From a virus: 64,000 nucleotides of DNA. A program made the position numbers and the translations under genes. Positions 48,643 to 59,647 of the stretch are shown piece after piece. The stretch's first letter is position 1; each line of letters starts with the position of its first letter. The stretch lies in IMG/VR virus record IMGVR_UViG_3300019487_000017. One strand, given 5' to 3'. The notes under the pieces were generated by a model that was given only the letters and a program-made list of their open reading frames with translations, ran no database searches and was not told where the DNA came from.

Positions 48643-49806
48643 ATGGCTCGTATACTTGTAACTGGTGGTCCAGTTTATGCTTATTTAGATGATGTAAAAA
48701 TCGTTACAAATAAGTTTAAGGGTAAGCTAATGTGGAAACTGGTGGGGGAATTATCCACACCTGGAAATAGCATTTTGTATCTAACATCTATCCTAAACAA
48801 AGATCTTTCATATCAATATCCTCCGTCATCAGGTGGGGAAGTTGAATTTTATTATCATGATGGATTTGATGATTATAGAAACAAAGTTTTGGAATTAGCC
48901 CCTAAATGTGATGCTGTAATCTTAGGAGCAGCTGTCTCAAATTTAATTCCTGCTAAACGTTTTCCTGGCAAGTTTGCATCACACAACTATTCAATTGGTG
49001 AAGAAATTAATATTCCTTTTGTTATTGCTCCACGAATTATCAATGAAGTTAAAAATGTAATGAGAAAGGACGCTCATTTATTTGGGTTTAAGCTTCTGTC
49101 TCATGTAAATGAAACAGAACTAATTAATGCTGCCTATGATGTTTTACTTGACTCAAAATCTACCACTATTTTTGCTAATGATGCAGCAGATTTGACAAAA
49201 ATCTATGCAGTAACTAAAGATAAAAGCGTTCATCAATTAGAAAGACAGAATATAAAGGATTGGATTTTTACTTGCCTACAAGATGAATATTATACAACTG
49301 TTTCAGAACGTTATCATCCATACTGTGCTTCCCTTACCTATGATGGATTATTGGATTATGCTAATAAATTTGCAAAACATTTAATAAGTCGTTGGAAAGA
49401 TAAATATAATGTGGGATATAAAGATTACATATTTGGTACGGTTGCAATTAAACGAAAACATGGTGATGTTTATGCCGGGTTTTGGACTACTGCACGGAAA
49501 AAAGCTTCATTAGATATGAATCTTCTATATGTTCTAAAAGTAAACCATTATACGAGAGAAGTATTTGTGGTTGATTCTCAAAATCGTTCAGCTACCCTAA
49601 ATGCCCCACTATTAGATAGCATTTTTTCTCAAGTCAAAAAAGCTGAAGCAGTGGTTCATTTTCATCATCAAATGACAGGCTTAGAAACATTCGATTATGC
49701 GATTCCTGGGACTAAACGAGACTCTGTTAGAAATATAACAAGATCCTTTAATATTAAAGGACATGGTTGTTATCTTATTCTGGATGAAAATGGGGTTGTT
49801 CTATAA
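48643..49806 (+). CDS. CoaB/DFP-like (phosphopantothenate-cysteine ligase fold) protein with class II aldolase-like C-terminus
   Basis: ILVTGGPVYAYLDDVKIVTNKFKG, ILGAAVSN, LFGFKL, IFAND; C-terminal VVHFHH and IKGHG. Confidence 0.6.
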   Translation: MARILVTGGPVYAYLDDVKIVTNKFKGKLMWKLVGELSTPGNSILYLTSILNKDLSYQYPPSSGGEVEFYYHDGFDDYRNKVLELAPKCDAVILGAAVSNLIPAKRFPGKFASHNYSIGEEINIPFVIAPRIINEVKNVMRKDAHLFGFKLLSHVNETELINAAYDVLLDSKSTTIFANDAADLTKIYAVTKDKSVHQLERQNIKDWIFTCLQDEYYTTVSERYHPYCASLTYDGLLDYANKFAKHLISRWKDKYNVGYKDYIFGTVAIKRKHGDVYAGFWTTARKKASLDMNLLYVLKVNHYTREVFVVDSQNRSATLNAPLLDSIFSQVKKAEAVVHFHHQMTGLETFDYAIPGTKRDSVRNITRSFNIKGHGCYLILDENGVVL

Positions 49807-49820
49807 AATAAAAAGATGCT

Positions 49821-50621
49821 ATGAAAGAATCTGAACCTTATCCTGACTGGAAAACATATAATATAATGTACCATAAATATCTATGGTCTAGGGATCCTGC
49901 TGAACTATTTGATATCGCTTTAGAAAAACCAAATGCACATTCTAATGTTGATAACTGTCTTAGCGGCAAGGTTGTACTAGATATTTGTTCTGGTAGCGGA
50001 AGATTAGCAGCCTCAGCTATAGCACATGGAGCAAAACGTGTTTTGGTTGTTGAAAAAGAATTCAACATGATTAATCCTCATAATCTTAAATCTTTTGATC
50101 TTGGGGTTTATCAGCAAATCAAACATCGTATTGAAACAGAAGAGAATGTACAAAAAGTTATATTCAATAATGAACAACTGTGTGTTTATAATGGAGAAGC
50201 AGAATTTTCTTTTTGGAATAATGAGATAAAATGTCAGTTTGATTTTGCCTTTTGTCAACAAGCTATTAATATTTGGCTAAATGAAGATAGCGTATATGAT
50301 TTAGCCCAGGGAACTAAACCCGGTGCTGTACTTGTATTTTCGACTTTTAATCATAAACCTGATCGTAAACCAAAAGTTACAGAATATTATACTGCAGGAA
50401 AAAATTATACAGAAGTTTCTTATCTGATAGATACTCCAAATGGTGAATCAGTAGAGCATGTGCAAATTTGTGAAGGATATTCACCGCATTATACCAATTT
50501 TCGTTGGATAGCCCCAGAAGAATATGATATAATCCTATCACCCTATTTTAATGTACAACGTATTAGAGATGGAAAAACAGATTTTTACAGATGTACGAGG
50601 TTACACAATTATGTCACATGA
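49821..50621 (+). CDS. Class I SAM-dependent methyltransferase
   Basis: VLDICSGSG, VVEKE, FCQQAIN, PGAVLVF. Confidence 0.8.
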   Translation: MKESEPYPDWKTYNIMYHKYLWSRDPAELFDIALEKPNAHSNVDNCLSGKVVLDICSGSGRLAASAIAHGAKRVLVVEKEFNMINPHNLKSFDLGVYQQIKHRIETEENVQKVIFNNEQLCVYNGEAEFSFWNNEIKCQFDFAFCQQAINIWLNEDSVYDLAQGTKPGAVLVFSTFNHKPDRKPKVTEYYTAGKNYTEVSYLIDTPNGESVEHVQICEGYSPHYTNFRWIAPEEYDIILSPYFNVQRIRDGKTDFYRCTRLHNYVT

Positions 50622-50861
50622 TTTCTTTTGTGCAAACCAGGTACTGGATAACGATAATAAAATTTATTGTCTGCAAAAGGCAGTTGAAGGGTATAACTGC
50701 ATTTGTCCATACGAAAGAAAACATCTTATAACTATTAATGGAAAAGAGTTACCTCAGAAAAACCCGTGTCCCAATGCCGATGGTATCTGTCAAGATTATG
50801 AACCATTATCTCATAATGTGAATATTACGGAAAATTTCATCGGATAAACACTTTTTTGCTA

Positions 50862-50892
50862 TCTCCAGATTTTTCCACAGGTTTCCTATTTT
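50862..50892 (+). promoter_or_regulatory. Recurrent motif TCTCCAG-N18-TATTTT
   Basis: Intergenic copy upstream of ORF 50897. Confidence 0.55.
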
Positions 50893-52706
50893 AAATATGG
50901 AAACTATGGATAGTAGAATTAGAACCGCAAAAAGAGTGTTTGTATATACTGAGGATGCAGGATCCGATATTATTAATCATTTGATTAATGTTTTTGCGGA
51001 ATCTTTGAAAAAGCCAAAGCATGATGCAGAAGAACTAGAAGGTATTTCAAGACGTATTGTAACAGAATCTATTCAATATATTCAACGTCTTTTGTTGACA
51101 TCTGATTATCAAGAAGCACACAAAATGTCTTTACTTGTGCAACATTTTCTTACACAAGCTATGAAAGCAAAAGATTGTAGATTGGGTAATAAAGATGTTA
51201 CGTTTGAAATGATAGTTGAATCATGAGTCAATGTATGAAATTTAAACTACGTCATCATCATATGCCTGAACATCCAGAATTGACATTATGGGCGGTCCCA
51301 TGTGTAGGGTGTTTTCGTAATGAAAATGAAGCTGTTTGGTATTTTAGGGCAAATCATCCAGGTAGCATCTATACAGGGATTGAAGGCGAACAAGAAATAA
51401 AATATCTTTGTCAGCCCTTAAATAAAGAAGAACAAAAAACGTATGATATTTTTAGAGTGCAAACCAATCCTATGTTGGATGCATTAAAACGTTCTCAATA
51501 TACCCCATTACCTCAATTAGATATATTCTCGAAGGATTCCAAGACATATTGGGAACGAAGAGCTTTAAAAGCAGAAACTAAGTTAAACAGGATTTTAAGT
51601 ATTTTATCAGAGTCATAACATGAGTAAAAAGATATTCATGGTTTGTAACGATCATGGAGAAATCCATTTTAAGGGAGATAGACCTGTTTTCTGTCCACAA
51701 TGCAGAAAGAAGCTTACTTATTGCGAACAATTTGATAATTTCAAAAATAAAAGATGGGTTAGGATACTTACTTATATAGGAGAGAATTTTTTAAGTTGGT
51801 TAGTTGTTATGTATTTAATATTTCTAGTAGCAACAGCTATTAGATCATGTTATAATGATTCTCGCATTGATAATTTACAAATACAGGAACGTTCCAAAAA
51901 TATTCCTGAGATATGGAGAGGTCTGTATGTACAAATAGAAGCGACTGTTACAGAAGGATCTGATATTGAGGTTGTAAAAGCTTACATTAAATCTAATGAC
52001 CTTAAAATGAAAGAAACTCCATTGGATCCCGATTACCTAAAGCAGATATTGGGAGAAGTGAGATGGGGTAGTGAAATTCCTGAAATCTCTGCTCTTTTAG
52101 CCCCTTATGTTGGTAATAATATTCTCACAACTCAGCCTTCTATAGAAAAACATTAAAGTTTCATTCCGAAGCAACCGATATAAGCGGTATCGCCAGGAAA
52201 GGGATATCGCTTATGACACACACATTCCCGCAAATTCTTGCTCGTATTTCTGAATTAGAAGATATTCTTGTACGTCAAACTTCAAAGGCAGATTGGCGTA
52301 TTCAGAATGTTATTTTACTTTTACATGGTGATTGTTCAGGACGTATAATTTTCAAATGGACTAAAAATTCATCTGATACATTACAAAACCTAATAGATAT
52401 GGTCAATTTCGACGATAATGAATTAGAGACTCAAGAAGACTTTGATAATCTGAATGAGCTGGAATCATATTTGTTTTCAGGATAATTGATGTGGCATGAT
52501 ATATTGTTGTTTGTAGCGGGTATTTATATTGGCGGGGCGGGAATATTATTTTATTTGGTTACTTCTTCACCTCCACCAGAAGCGGATGGAAAATCTCCAA
52601 CGATTTTTCAGGCATTAATTTTTGCTTTAATATGGCCTTTAATGATATTGAAAAGTTGTTTCTCGAATAATAAGCAGATATAATGCCACCAATTTGAACT
52701 TCCATT

Positions 52707-52737
52707 TCTCCAGAAACAAAGAACTTTCATCTATTCA
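52707..52737 (+). promoter_or_regulatory. Recurrent motif TCTCCAG-N18-TATTCA
   Basis: Intergenic copy upstream of ORF 52773. Confidence 0.55.
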
Positions 52738-54960
52738 CAAGACAGTAGGCTTATTTACTCTTGTGAGGCATTATGAAAGTAGAGCTTGATACATTTTTAA
52801 AAGACTTTTGTTTTCGTTATATCAATGAAAATGAAACCGAGAGAAACGAATTAAAAAAGAGCGTAATAGAAAAGATAAATAAAACTAAAGATTTTACAAG
52901 TATTATCCTTAGTTTTATTGATGCTATTCGTAGTACATTCCCTCCTATTGAAGATCATAAAAAGATAATGTACTTTTTAATTGATGCTCTTGTTGAAACA
53001 GGAGTGTATCCTCCATTAACAGAAAAAAGAAAAGAACATTTAAATTATTACCAGTTAGTTGAAGGTTGGGGATCTTATTGGTATATCTATAGCAACCCTA
53101 AAAATTGTCCAATCTGCGATATAAGCCTATGTGATCCCAATGGACCACCTTTTAAATTGGAAATTGGCATAGAAATTCGTGGCATGTATGACGGAGTTTT
53201 ATATTATAAATGCCCCAAATGTGAAGGCACTTGGGGAAGAGATGGTAAAATTGGTTCTCCAGAGGAAATTATTGATAGATGGAACAACGGTTGAAACACA
53301 AAGGATAACCATATGAAAACGACGATAGACCTGTTTGCAGAAGGTAGGCGGTGGATTGCTTATTGTCCACAATCAGAATTCCATCCTGAAAAAGGATATA
53401 GAGTTGTATTCGTTTTTGAAAATGTGGCAGGATACTTTCCAACAGGGGACGAAAGCCAAGGAAAAGCACCTTGGTATTGGGGAAAAACTTTAGAAATGGC
53501 AGTAAAATGTTGTGATGATTATAATGCACGAAGAGGCATTAATAAAGATGAAGCATTGACTATATTAGGAAGTAGTTTTGCACATCCAGAATCCAAAAGG
53601 GCAATAAGGAATAATTCTTATGGTAACTCAAATTAGTTATGAACGTACAACTACCAAAATTAATTTTAATCCAGCAGGTATAAATAAACCTTTAGAACCT
53701 TTGGATGGACATAACTGGCGGCTAGTCTCTGCTATTTATATCCGTGGGCAAGTTTCCCCATCTCAAATAATATTCTATTGGGAACGGGAAATTATCAAAT
53801 CTTCGTTAACATAAAGATCTAAAATGACCCCATATTCAAATTACAAAGGACGTAGTGTTGGACGTATTGTCCATTATATTTATCTTTATTGTGGAATAAA
53901 TATTGGAGAATATTGTCAAATAGGAGATGGAACAGTTTTATACGGGGGAAAAACTATTGCAACTTTTACATGGGAAAACGAAGGAGATGATTCTGTCCCA
54001 AATTTTACATTTTTAAATAGTCTAGATTTGTTTGGTAGCGAAGTTGTTAATGATTGGCGAGAACGTCAATATAAAATTAAACCTTTTGCTTATCTGCCTA
54101 CTTTGGGATTGAATGTAGAATATGTAATTCAAGAGGTTGCAAAAGAATATTATTTTGATTTTGAAACAATGGATGAAATGGCAAAAACCAGAATGCGAGA
54201 AGCTGGTAGATGGTGGGAAGAGAAAGATATTCAAAAGTATTTCCCTCATATCAGAGATTGTGCTAAATACGAAGCATTAAAGTGGGAAAATCATTCTAAA
54301 TGGTTACAGGAACAAAATATCAGCGGACCATATTTGATATGGTAGAATAGGAATAACAATATGAATAAGATATTGCAAAAGCTTAAAAATAATATAAAAG
54401 TAAAACATATTATTGATGATTTCCATATTGTACAAGTTTTTGGTCTGACTCTAGATATAACAGCAAATGATTTAAAAAGATGCACAAATATTGCATCTGA
54501 TTTAATTAAACATATTTATGTTGTTTTAAAACCCGTATCCATTAAGCAAAAAGAATTAACGAAAATATCTCAGCAATGGGATGAAGATATAGATCGAGAA
54601 GATCTCATAGAATATTTGTCAGATTTAGACAGTTTAAGTATGACAATGTTTATCCATTCTCTGTTTGAAATGTATAACGAACAATCTGCAAAAGAAGAAT
54701 TAAATATTCTTTTGAATTCGTTAAAAAATAGGAAAAACCAATGATTGAGATTACTCTAAAAGCATTTTCTCCTGAAGAAAAGTTGCCAAGTCATTCTACA
54801 CCACTTGATTTGTATCCTGTATTGGTATTGTCGGAAGGTCAATGGAAACGTGGCGTTTATTGGGGATCATTAATGAACGAATGGAGATTAGAAGGACAGA
54901 ATAACGAAATTAAAGTGGATTTATGGTGTGAACTTCCACCTACAGTATTGGAGAAATAAC

Positions 54961-55320
54961 ATGACAGTATTTCATGGTACAGGTTTTTATGCTTTAGAAG
55001 GTATTAAAAACAATGGACTTGAATTACGTAATCGCCATTATGTAAAACGCAAGTGCGCCTGTACTACGACAGATTTACAAGTTGCTCAACTTTTTGCTGT
55101 TAGAAGATCTACAACTGACGAATTTTTAAATGGAAAAATCTCCGGCATAGTATTAGAATTTGAATTAGAGGGTGTTCTAGGTCGTCACTATGAGCCTGCA
55201 AAAGATTATCATACCGGCAAAGAAGAACATGAAATTGCGGTATATGATCCAAAGTTCCTTCGTTTAACAGCTATTCATAGATGGGATCAAGATTGGATAA
55301 GGAAAGAAGTAGTAGCATGA
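54961..55320 (+). CDS. Putative ADP-ribosyltransferase-fold protein
   Basis: VFHGT, ACTTTD.VA..FA, VLEF, EHEIAV. Confidence 0.5.
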   Translation: MTVFHGTGFYALEGIKNNGLELRNRHYVKRKCACTTTDLQVAQLFAVRRSTTDEFLNGKISGIVLEFELEGVLGRHYEPAKDYHTGKEEHEIAVYDPKFLRLTAIHRWDQDWIRKEVVA

Positions 55321-55922
55321 AAAACTACGAATGGCAAAAAATCAACGATAACTGGTACATTTCTGGTGATTTAATGCTGGATATTATATACGAAAATAGT
55401 ACTTGGTATTTATGTACATATACTGGTAGAACGCTAAAAGTCTGCGATTCTTTGTTCTCAGCAAAGCAAGCAGCATTAGAAGATTTTGTATGAGCAAAAA
55501 AATAAAACAATATCGTATTACTTTTCCTATAAAAACAACACGGGGTCTACAATCATATATAGTTAAAGCTAATTCTGAAGAAGAGGCTTTAACAAAACAT
55601 AATGAGGGTCTATCTGAATTTGAAGATGAATTAATTGAAATAACTAGTTTAGGAGACCCTGGAATAGAGGAAATACACCATGAGTGACTTTTGGTTGGAC
55701 GTTAAAGACGGTTTACCGGAAGCAGAAAATGATGAATATTACGGAAAACGATATTCATATCCTGTCGATGCGGTCGTGAATGACGAAGTTTATCCTCGCA
55801 GATTGCGTTGGGATTACAATATGTTAGGATGGGTCTATGCTGAACTCCCAGATGGGCCAGATCCTGATGATTATGAAATAGGCGATGTTTCGCATTACAT
55901 GTACATACGAAAATTCCCATAA
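55317..55922 (+). other. Three small hypothetical CDS (55317-55493, 55490-55687, 55680-55922)
   Basis: Overlapping start/stop chain. Confidence 0.6.
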
Positions 55923-55946
55923 AACAATTTAACCGAGGAAAGCACT

Positions 55947-57446
55947 ATGGAACAAGAATTTAAATATGTTGAAGTTCAAGAAGCGAAGGCAAAATTGCTT
56001 TTGAATGATGGTAAGCCAGTCACCATGATTGGAACAGAAGCTATTCGTCAGAGCATGGACCCTACCAGTTTTCAACAAATTAACAACGTTGCTAATGCTC
56101 CAGACGTTAGAAAATTTGTTGTAAATCCAGATTTTCATACTGGATATGGAACAATTGTAGGGTCCGTATTTGCAACTAAAGATTTGATTTATCCTTGTGC
56201 AGTTGGTCCAGACGTAAATTGCTCAATGTCTTTTGTTCAATTGGATATCCCTTCAACTGAATTGGCAGATAAGGCATTAAGAAGGGCTATCGTGGAAGCT
56301 GTCGAAAAACGTATTCCTACTGGCATGGGAAGTCATACCGCTTTGCAAGCAAGATCTTTTCATCGAGAAGATCTGCGTTCTATTGCTACAGAGGGGGCTA
56401 ACCGTGCAATTGCTGCTATATTCGGCTTTCCTGAATCTTGGATAAATAATTGTGAACAAGCCACACATGGTAAGTCTGCTGAGTTAGGGGAACGTCTTGA
56501 TTGGATAGCTAGACATTATCCAATTTTAGATAAATTAACTCAAATTGGAGGAATAGGTGGGGGAAATCATTTCATGGAATTTAGTGATGTTCGTATTAAA
56601 GAGAGCATGAGAGATGTTGCTGAAGTATTTGGATTAAAGAATGGCTGCGTTGGCATCTTGAATCATTTTGGTTCGCGTGGATTTGGCTACATGTTGACTT
56701 CTGGCGGTAGAAATAATTTTCCTGGACAATTTAATAAATTAGCTGAGCATTTCAATAAATGGCGAATGTCATTCCCTGGCGGAGATAAACACAACGTTTA
56801 TGTTCCTGTTGATAGTCAAGAAGGACAGGATTATTTGAATGATATGTATATGGGCGCAAACTTTGCTGTTGTAAACCATCTACTTGTTTGCCAATATGTA
56901 GTGGAAGCGTTTAAAGAAGTAATGGGAGATTCTTTAAAAGCTAATTTTGTTTATCATATTGCTCATAATATCATCCGTTATGAGATAGCAGAAGCTGATA
57001 GCAAGCCTTGTCCTATGTGGGTTCATAGGAAAGGGGCAACCCGTGCTTTACCTGAAGGGCATCATACATTGAAAAATTCGCCTTTCTTTAGTACAGGACA
57101 TCCAGTCTTACTACCTGGAAATTCAATTGAGGGTAGTACAATTATGGTAGGGTTAAAAGGCTCTGCTGATGCATTAAATAGTGTTAATCATGGTGCTGGA
57201 CGAAAATTCAGTCGAACAGTTGCTAAACGTTCTTTTACTCAATCAGCAGTTGATAAACATTATAATGAAGCAGATGTTATTACAAACTGTCGTAATTATC
57301 CAATTGATGAGTATGCGAAAGCATATAAGGATTATTCAGAAGTAATTCAAAGTGTTGAAAAAGCTGGTTTGGCAGTAACTGTTGCTAAATTACATCCTTT
57401 GATCAATATCAAGGATAACGATCAAAGTAAAGAAAATTCTGCATAA
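55947..57446 (+). CDS. rtcB: RtcB RNA ligase
   Basis: PDFHTGYG, DVNCS, GGGNHFME, HFGSRG, HN, HRKGAT, NHGAGR, DEYAKAYKD. Confidence 0.95.
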   Translation: MEQEFKYVEVQEAKAKLLLNDGKPVTMIGTEAIRQSMDPTSFQQINNVANAPDVRKFVVNPDFHTGYGTIVGSVFATKDLIYPCAVGPDVNCSMSFVQLDIPSTELADKALRRAIVEAVEKRIPTGMGSHTALQARSFHREDLRSIATEGANRAIAAIFGFPESWINNCEQATHGKSAELGERLDWIARHYPILDKLTQIGGIGGGNHFMEFSDVRIKESMRDVAEVFGLKNGCVGILNHFGSRGFGYMLTSGGRNNFPGQFNKLAEHFNKWRMSFPGGDKHNVYVPVDSQEGQDYLNDMYMGANFAVVNHLLVCQYVVEAFKEVMGDSLKANFVYHIAHNIIRYEIAEADSKPCPMWVHRKGATRALPEGHHTLKNSPFFSTGHPVLLPGNSIEGSTIMVGLKGSADALNSVNHGAGRKFSRTVAKRSFTQSAVDKHYNEADVITNCRNYPIDEYAKAYKDYSEVIQSVEKAGLAVTVAKLHPLINIKDNDQSKENSA

Positions 57447-57477
57447 CCTCCGGGCCCCGTGAATTCTATATTATAAT
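57447..57477 (+). promoter_or_regulatory. Motif variant CCTCCGG-N18-TATAAT
   Basis: Perfect -10 at the same spacing; AAGGAG RBS and ATG 57498 follow. Confidence 0.7.
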
Positions 57478-57497
57478 CTCATGAACAAGGAGATTAT

Positions 57498-57827
57498 ATG
57501 GGATGGGGTACGGGTGTTGTAGATGGTCAAGAGGTTGGATATGCGATTAAATGCAAATGTGCTTTTAATAATTGTAATGAGGATATAGATAAAGGATTAG
57601 CACATGCATGTGGCGGTTCGCATGGAACTGGTGATTTATTTTGTGACCGTTATTTTTGTGATAACCATCTAAAGCATTGCATTGAAAACAGGTATGGTCA
57701 GTTGTTAAGAATTTGTACAGAATGTTATTCTCGTTTAATTAAAGCCAAGAAACTTGATAACGACGATAGAGAAATAGCAATCGCAGAAGCTACTTATTCA
57801 TCTTATCCTATTATAAAGGAAAATTAA
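57498..57827 (+). CDS. Cys/His-rich zinc-binding phage protein
   Basis: GYAIKCKCAFNNC..IDKGLAHACGG.H...CDRYFC..H. Confidence 0.7.
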   Translation: MGWGTGVVDGQEVGYAIKCKCAFNNCNEDIDKGLAHACGGSHGTGDLFCDRYFCDNHLKHCIENRYGQLLRICTECYSRLIKAKKLDNDDREIAIAEATYSSYPIIKEN

Positions 57828-57829
57828 TC

Positions 57830-59220
57830 ATGATTTTTGGTAAAATGGCAGAAAAAAGAATCATGTCTTACAGAGAACATGAACTGGCTCCTTCTCTAAA
57901 AAAAGAACTACAATTCATTAAGAAAATAGTAGATGTAGATGTTACTTGTTATGGATCTGATGTGAAAGGGAATCTAATATTTATTCCGCGAAATTTAATG
58001 TTTAAACAGCGTAGAGAAACAGCAGCAGCCTTAAAAGGCGCTGGATATACTTTTGCTACTAAACGAACAGATGCGAATCGTTTAGTGAGAGCATGGAGCA
58101 AGTAGTGTATGAATAAGGTTAAAAGTTCATCCACTGACAAAACTACTCAAAAATATATTTGGGGATATTACTTTTCTAATCACAACTGTTTGTTAAATGT
58201 CTGGAAAGTAAAAGTTATTAAAGAAACTGACAAAAGTTATATTTATGCAAATGACTTTTCTGTAAGTGGCTGGCCTAACAAAATAGAAAGAGGGAATTTT
58301 AATCATAAAATAGTTCCAAAAAGTGAAAAAACTCTATGTTTGTCTCTGGAAGAATTAGAAGAAAGAATAACCCAAATTAAAAATGAAAAAGAAGCTTCTC
58401 TCAAAAAGAATTTAGATTATCTAACTAAACGTTATGACGAAATAAAGAAAGCCATTGATGGCGCAAAAAAGAAAAGAGAATAATATATGCCGTTTCAACT
58501 TACTAATTTACAATTTGTAATACTGAATGAACTTTCAAAGAAAGAAATTCATCAACACGATATTGCTATAACATATAGTTTAGCATTAAAATCAGAAGAA
58601 TGCGATAATTTAGATTGGGGAAAGATTAATAATGCTATCATTGAAAGATGGTCAAGATCTGGTTTAGAAAGAATTAAAAAACAAGCATGGAAAATGCTTG
58701 CAGCATAGAGGTGCTTAATGGCTAAGAGAATAAAGAAATATCGTAAGATTCAGAATGACGCAACAGGTACATATCATGAAGAAATTCATATAATTGAAGG
58801 AGATGATATCGAGCCTGATGAGACAACAGAAGAAGCAAATAGGCTATCTGAAGAAATGAAAATACCAAATATAGATGAAGCATTCTCCGGTTTTGATTCT
58901 GTCATGAATAAATTTGATGGTTTAATGGATGAATTTGGCAATTTTATGGATAGGATGTTTTCTTCCAAGAAGAGCAAATTTCACAAAGAAAACAAAAAGT
59001 CATGAAAGATCTTATTATTAATCATTTTTATATCTTTGGTATCCTGGCTATTTTAGCTTATGCTTTGGCAGTTAAAGGACAGGTTAAACGGATGAAAGCA
59101 GTTGCAGCAGGCACTATGAATCCTTTTGATGGGATGGCAAAAACTTTTATCTTAAGTGCCACTGGCACTCTTTCACTAATTATGTTTATTGTTACACTTA
59201 TCATATTCTTGGTAAAATAA
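57830..59220 (+). other. Five hypothetical CDS (57830-58105, 58109-58483, 58487-58708, 58718-59005, 59002-59220 membrane)
   Basis: Tiled + strand ORFs. Confidence 0.65.
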
Positions 59221-59221
59221 A

Positions 59222-59647
59222 ATGGTTGCAGAAATATCAGATATTGGTTTAAATTACGAAAGATTAGTGCAAACTGCCAATTTAGTTAGAGAAAGGTTAG
59301 ATGAACATGAGTCTTCATCTGCGGGATGTTGTCTAGAAGCATCAATGTCACTTTGTATCGAACTGGCTTCAAAACGATTAGAACCAAAACTTTTAGAAGG
59401 ATATGTATTTGTAGATGGTTATTCATATAATCACTACTGGGTTTTTTGTTTAGGTTTTTATATAGATATTACGGCAGACCAATTTAATTGTTATGTCAAA
59501 AACAAAGAATATTTTCCAAAAGTATTAATAGATTCTCCAAAAGCATTAAAATACCATATAACAAAAAACTCTGTACAACGAGAAAGATGGAAAAAACTCG
59601 CTGCCTTTTTAGACCTTAATAGAGAATTATATGGAAGCAATTGCTAA
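59222..59647 (+). CDS. Transglutaminase/papain-like fold protein
   Basis: GCC...S, NHYWV, IDITADQF (Cys-His-Asp). Confidence 0.55.
   Translation: MVAEISDIGLNYERLVQTANLVRERLDEHESSSAGCCLEASMSLCIELASKRLEPKLLEGYVFVDGYSYNHYWVFCLGFYIDITADQFNCYVKNKEYFPKVLIDSPKALKYHITKNSVQRERWKKLAAFLDLNRELYGSNC

Larger units (their letters stand above)
50551..54959 (+). other. Run of small hypothetical CDS (50551-50847, 50897-51226, 51223-51618, 51620-52156, 52213-52485, 52486-52683, 52773-53294, 53313-53636, 53620-53814, 53824-54345, 54361-54744, 54741-54959)
   Basis: Tiled + strand ORFs with short gaps or overlaps; several zinc ribbons and two membrane proteins. Confidence 0.65.

Noticed and set aside
53256-53262. 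TCTCCAG as a promoter copy (likewise TCTCCTG at 15731)
   Set aside because: In coding sequence (Ser-Pro-Glu) and no TA at 18-19 nt
55947-57446. Intein or intron in rtcB (also checked thyX)
   Set aside because: Lengths and motif spacing are normal; no splicing motifs seen
869-58977. Numerous short - strand ORFs in the track (e.g. 2186-2515, 3278-3559, 18830-19189, 39309-39650, 41448-41945)
   Set aside because: Antisense shadows of well-supported + strand genes, with no RBS or motifs
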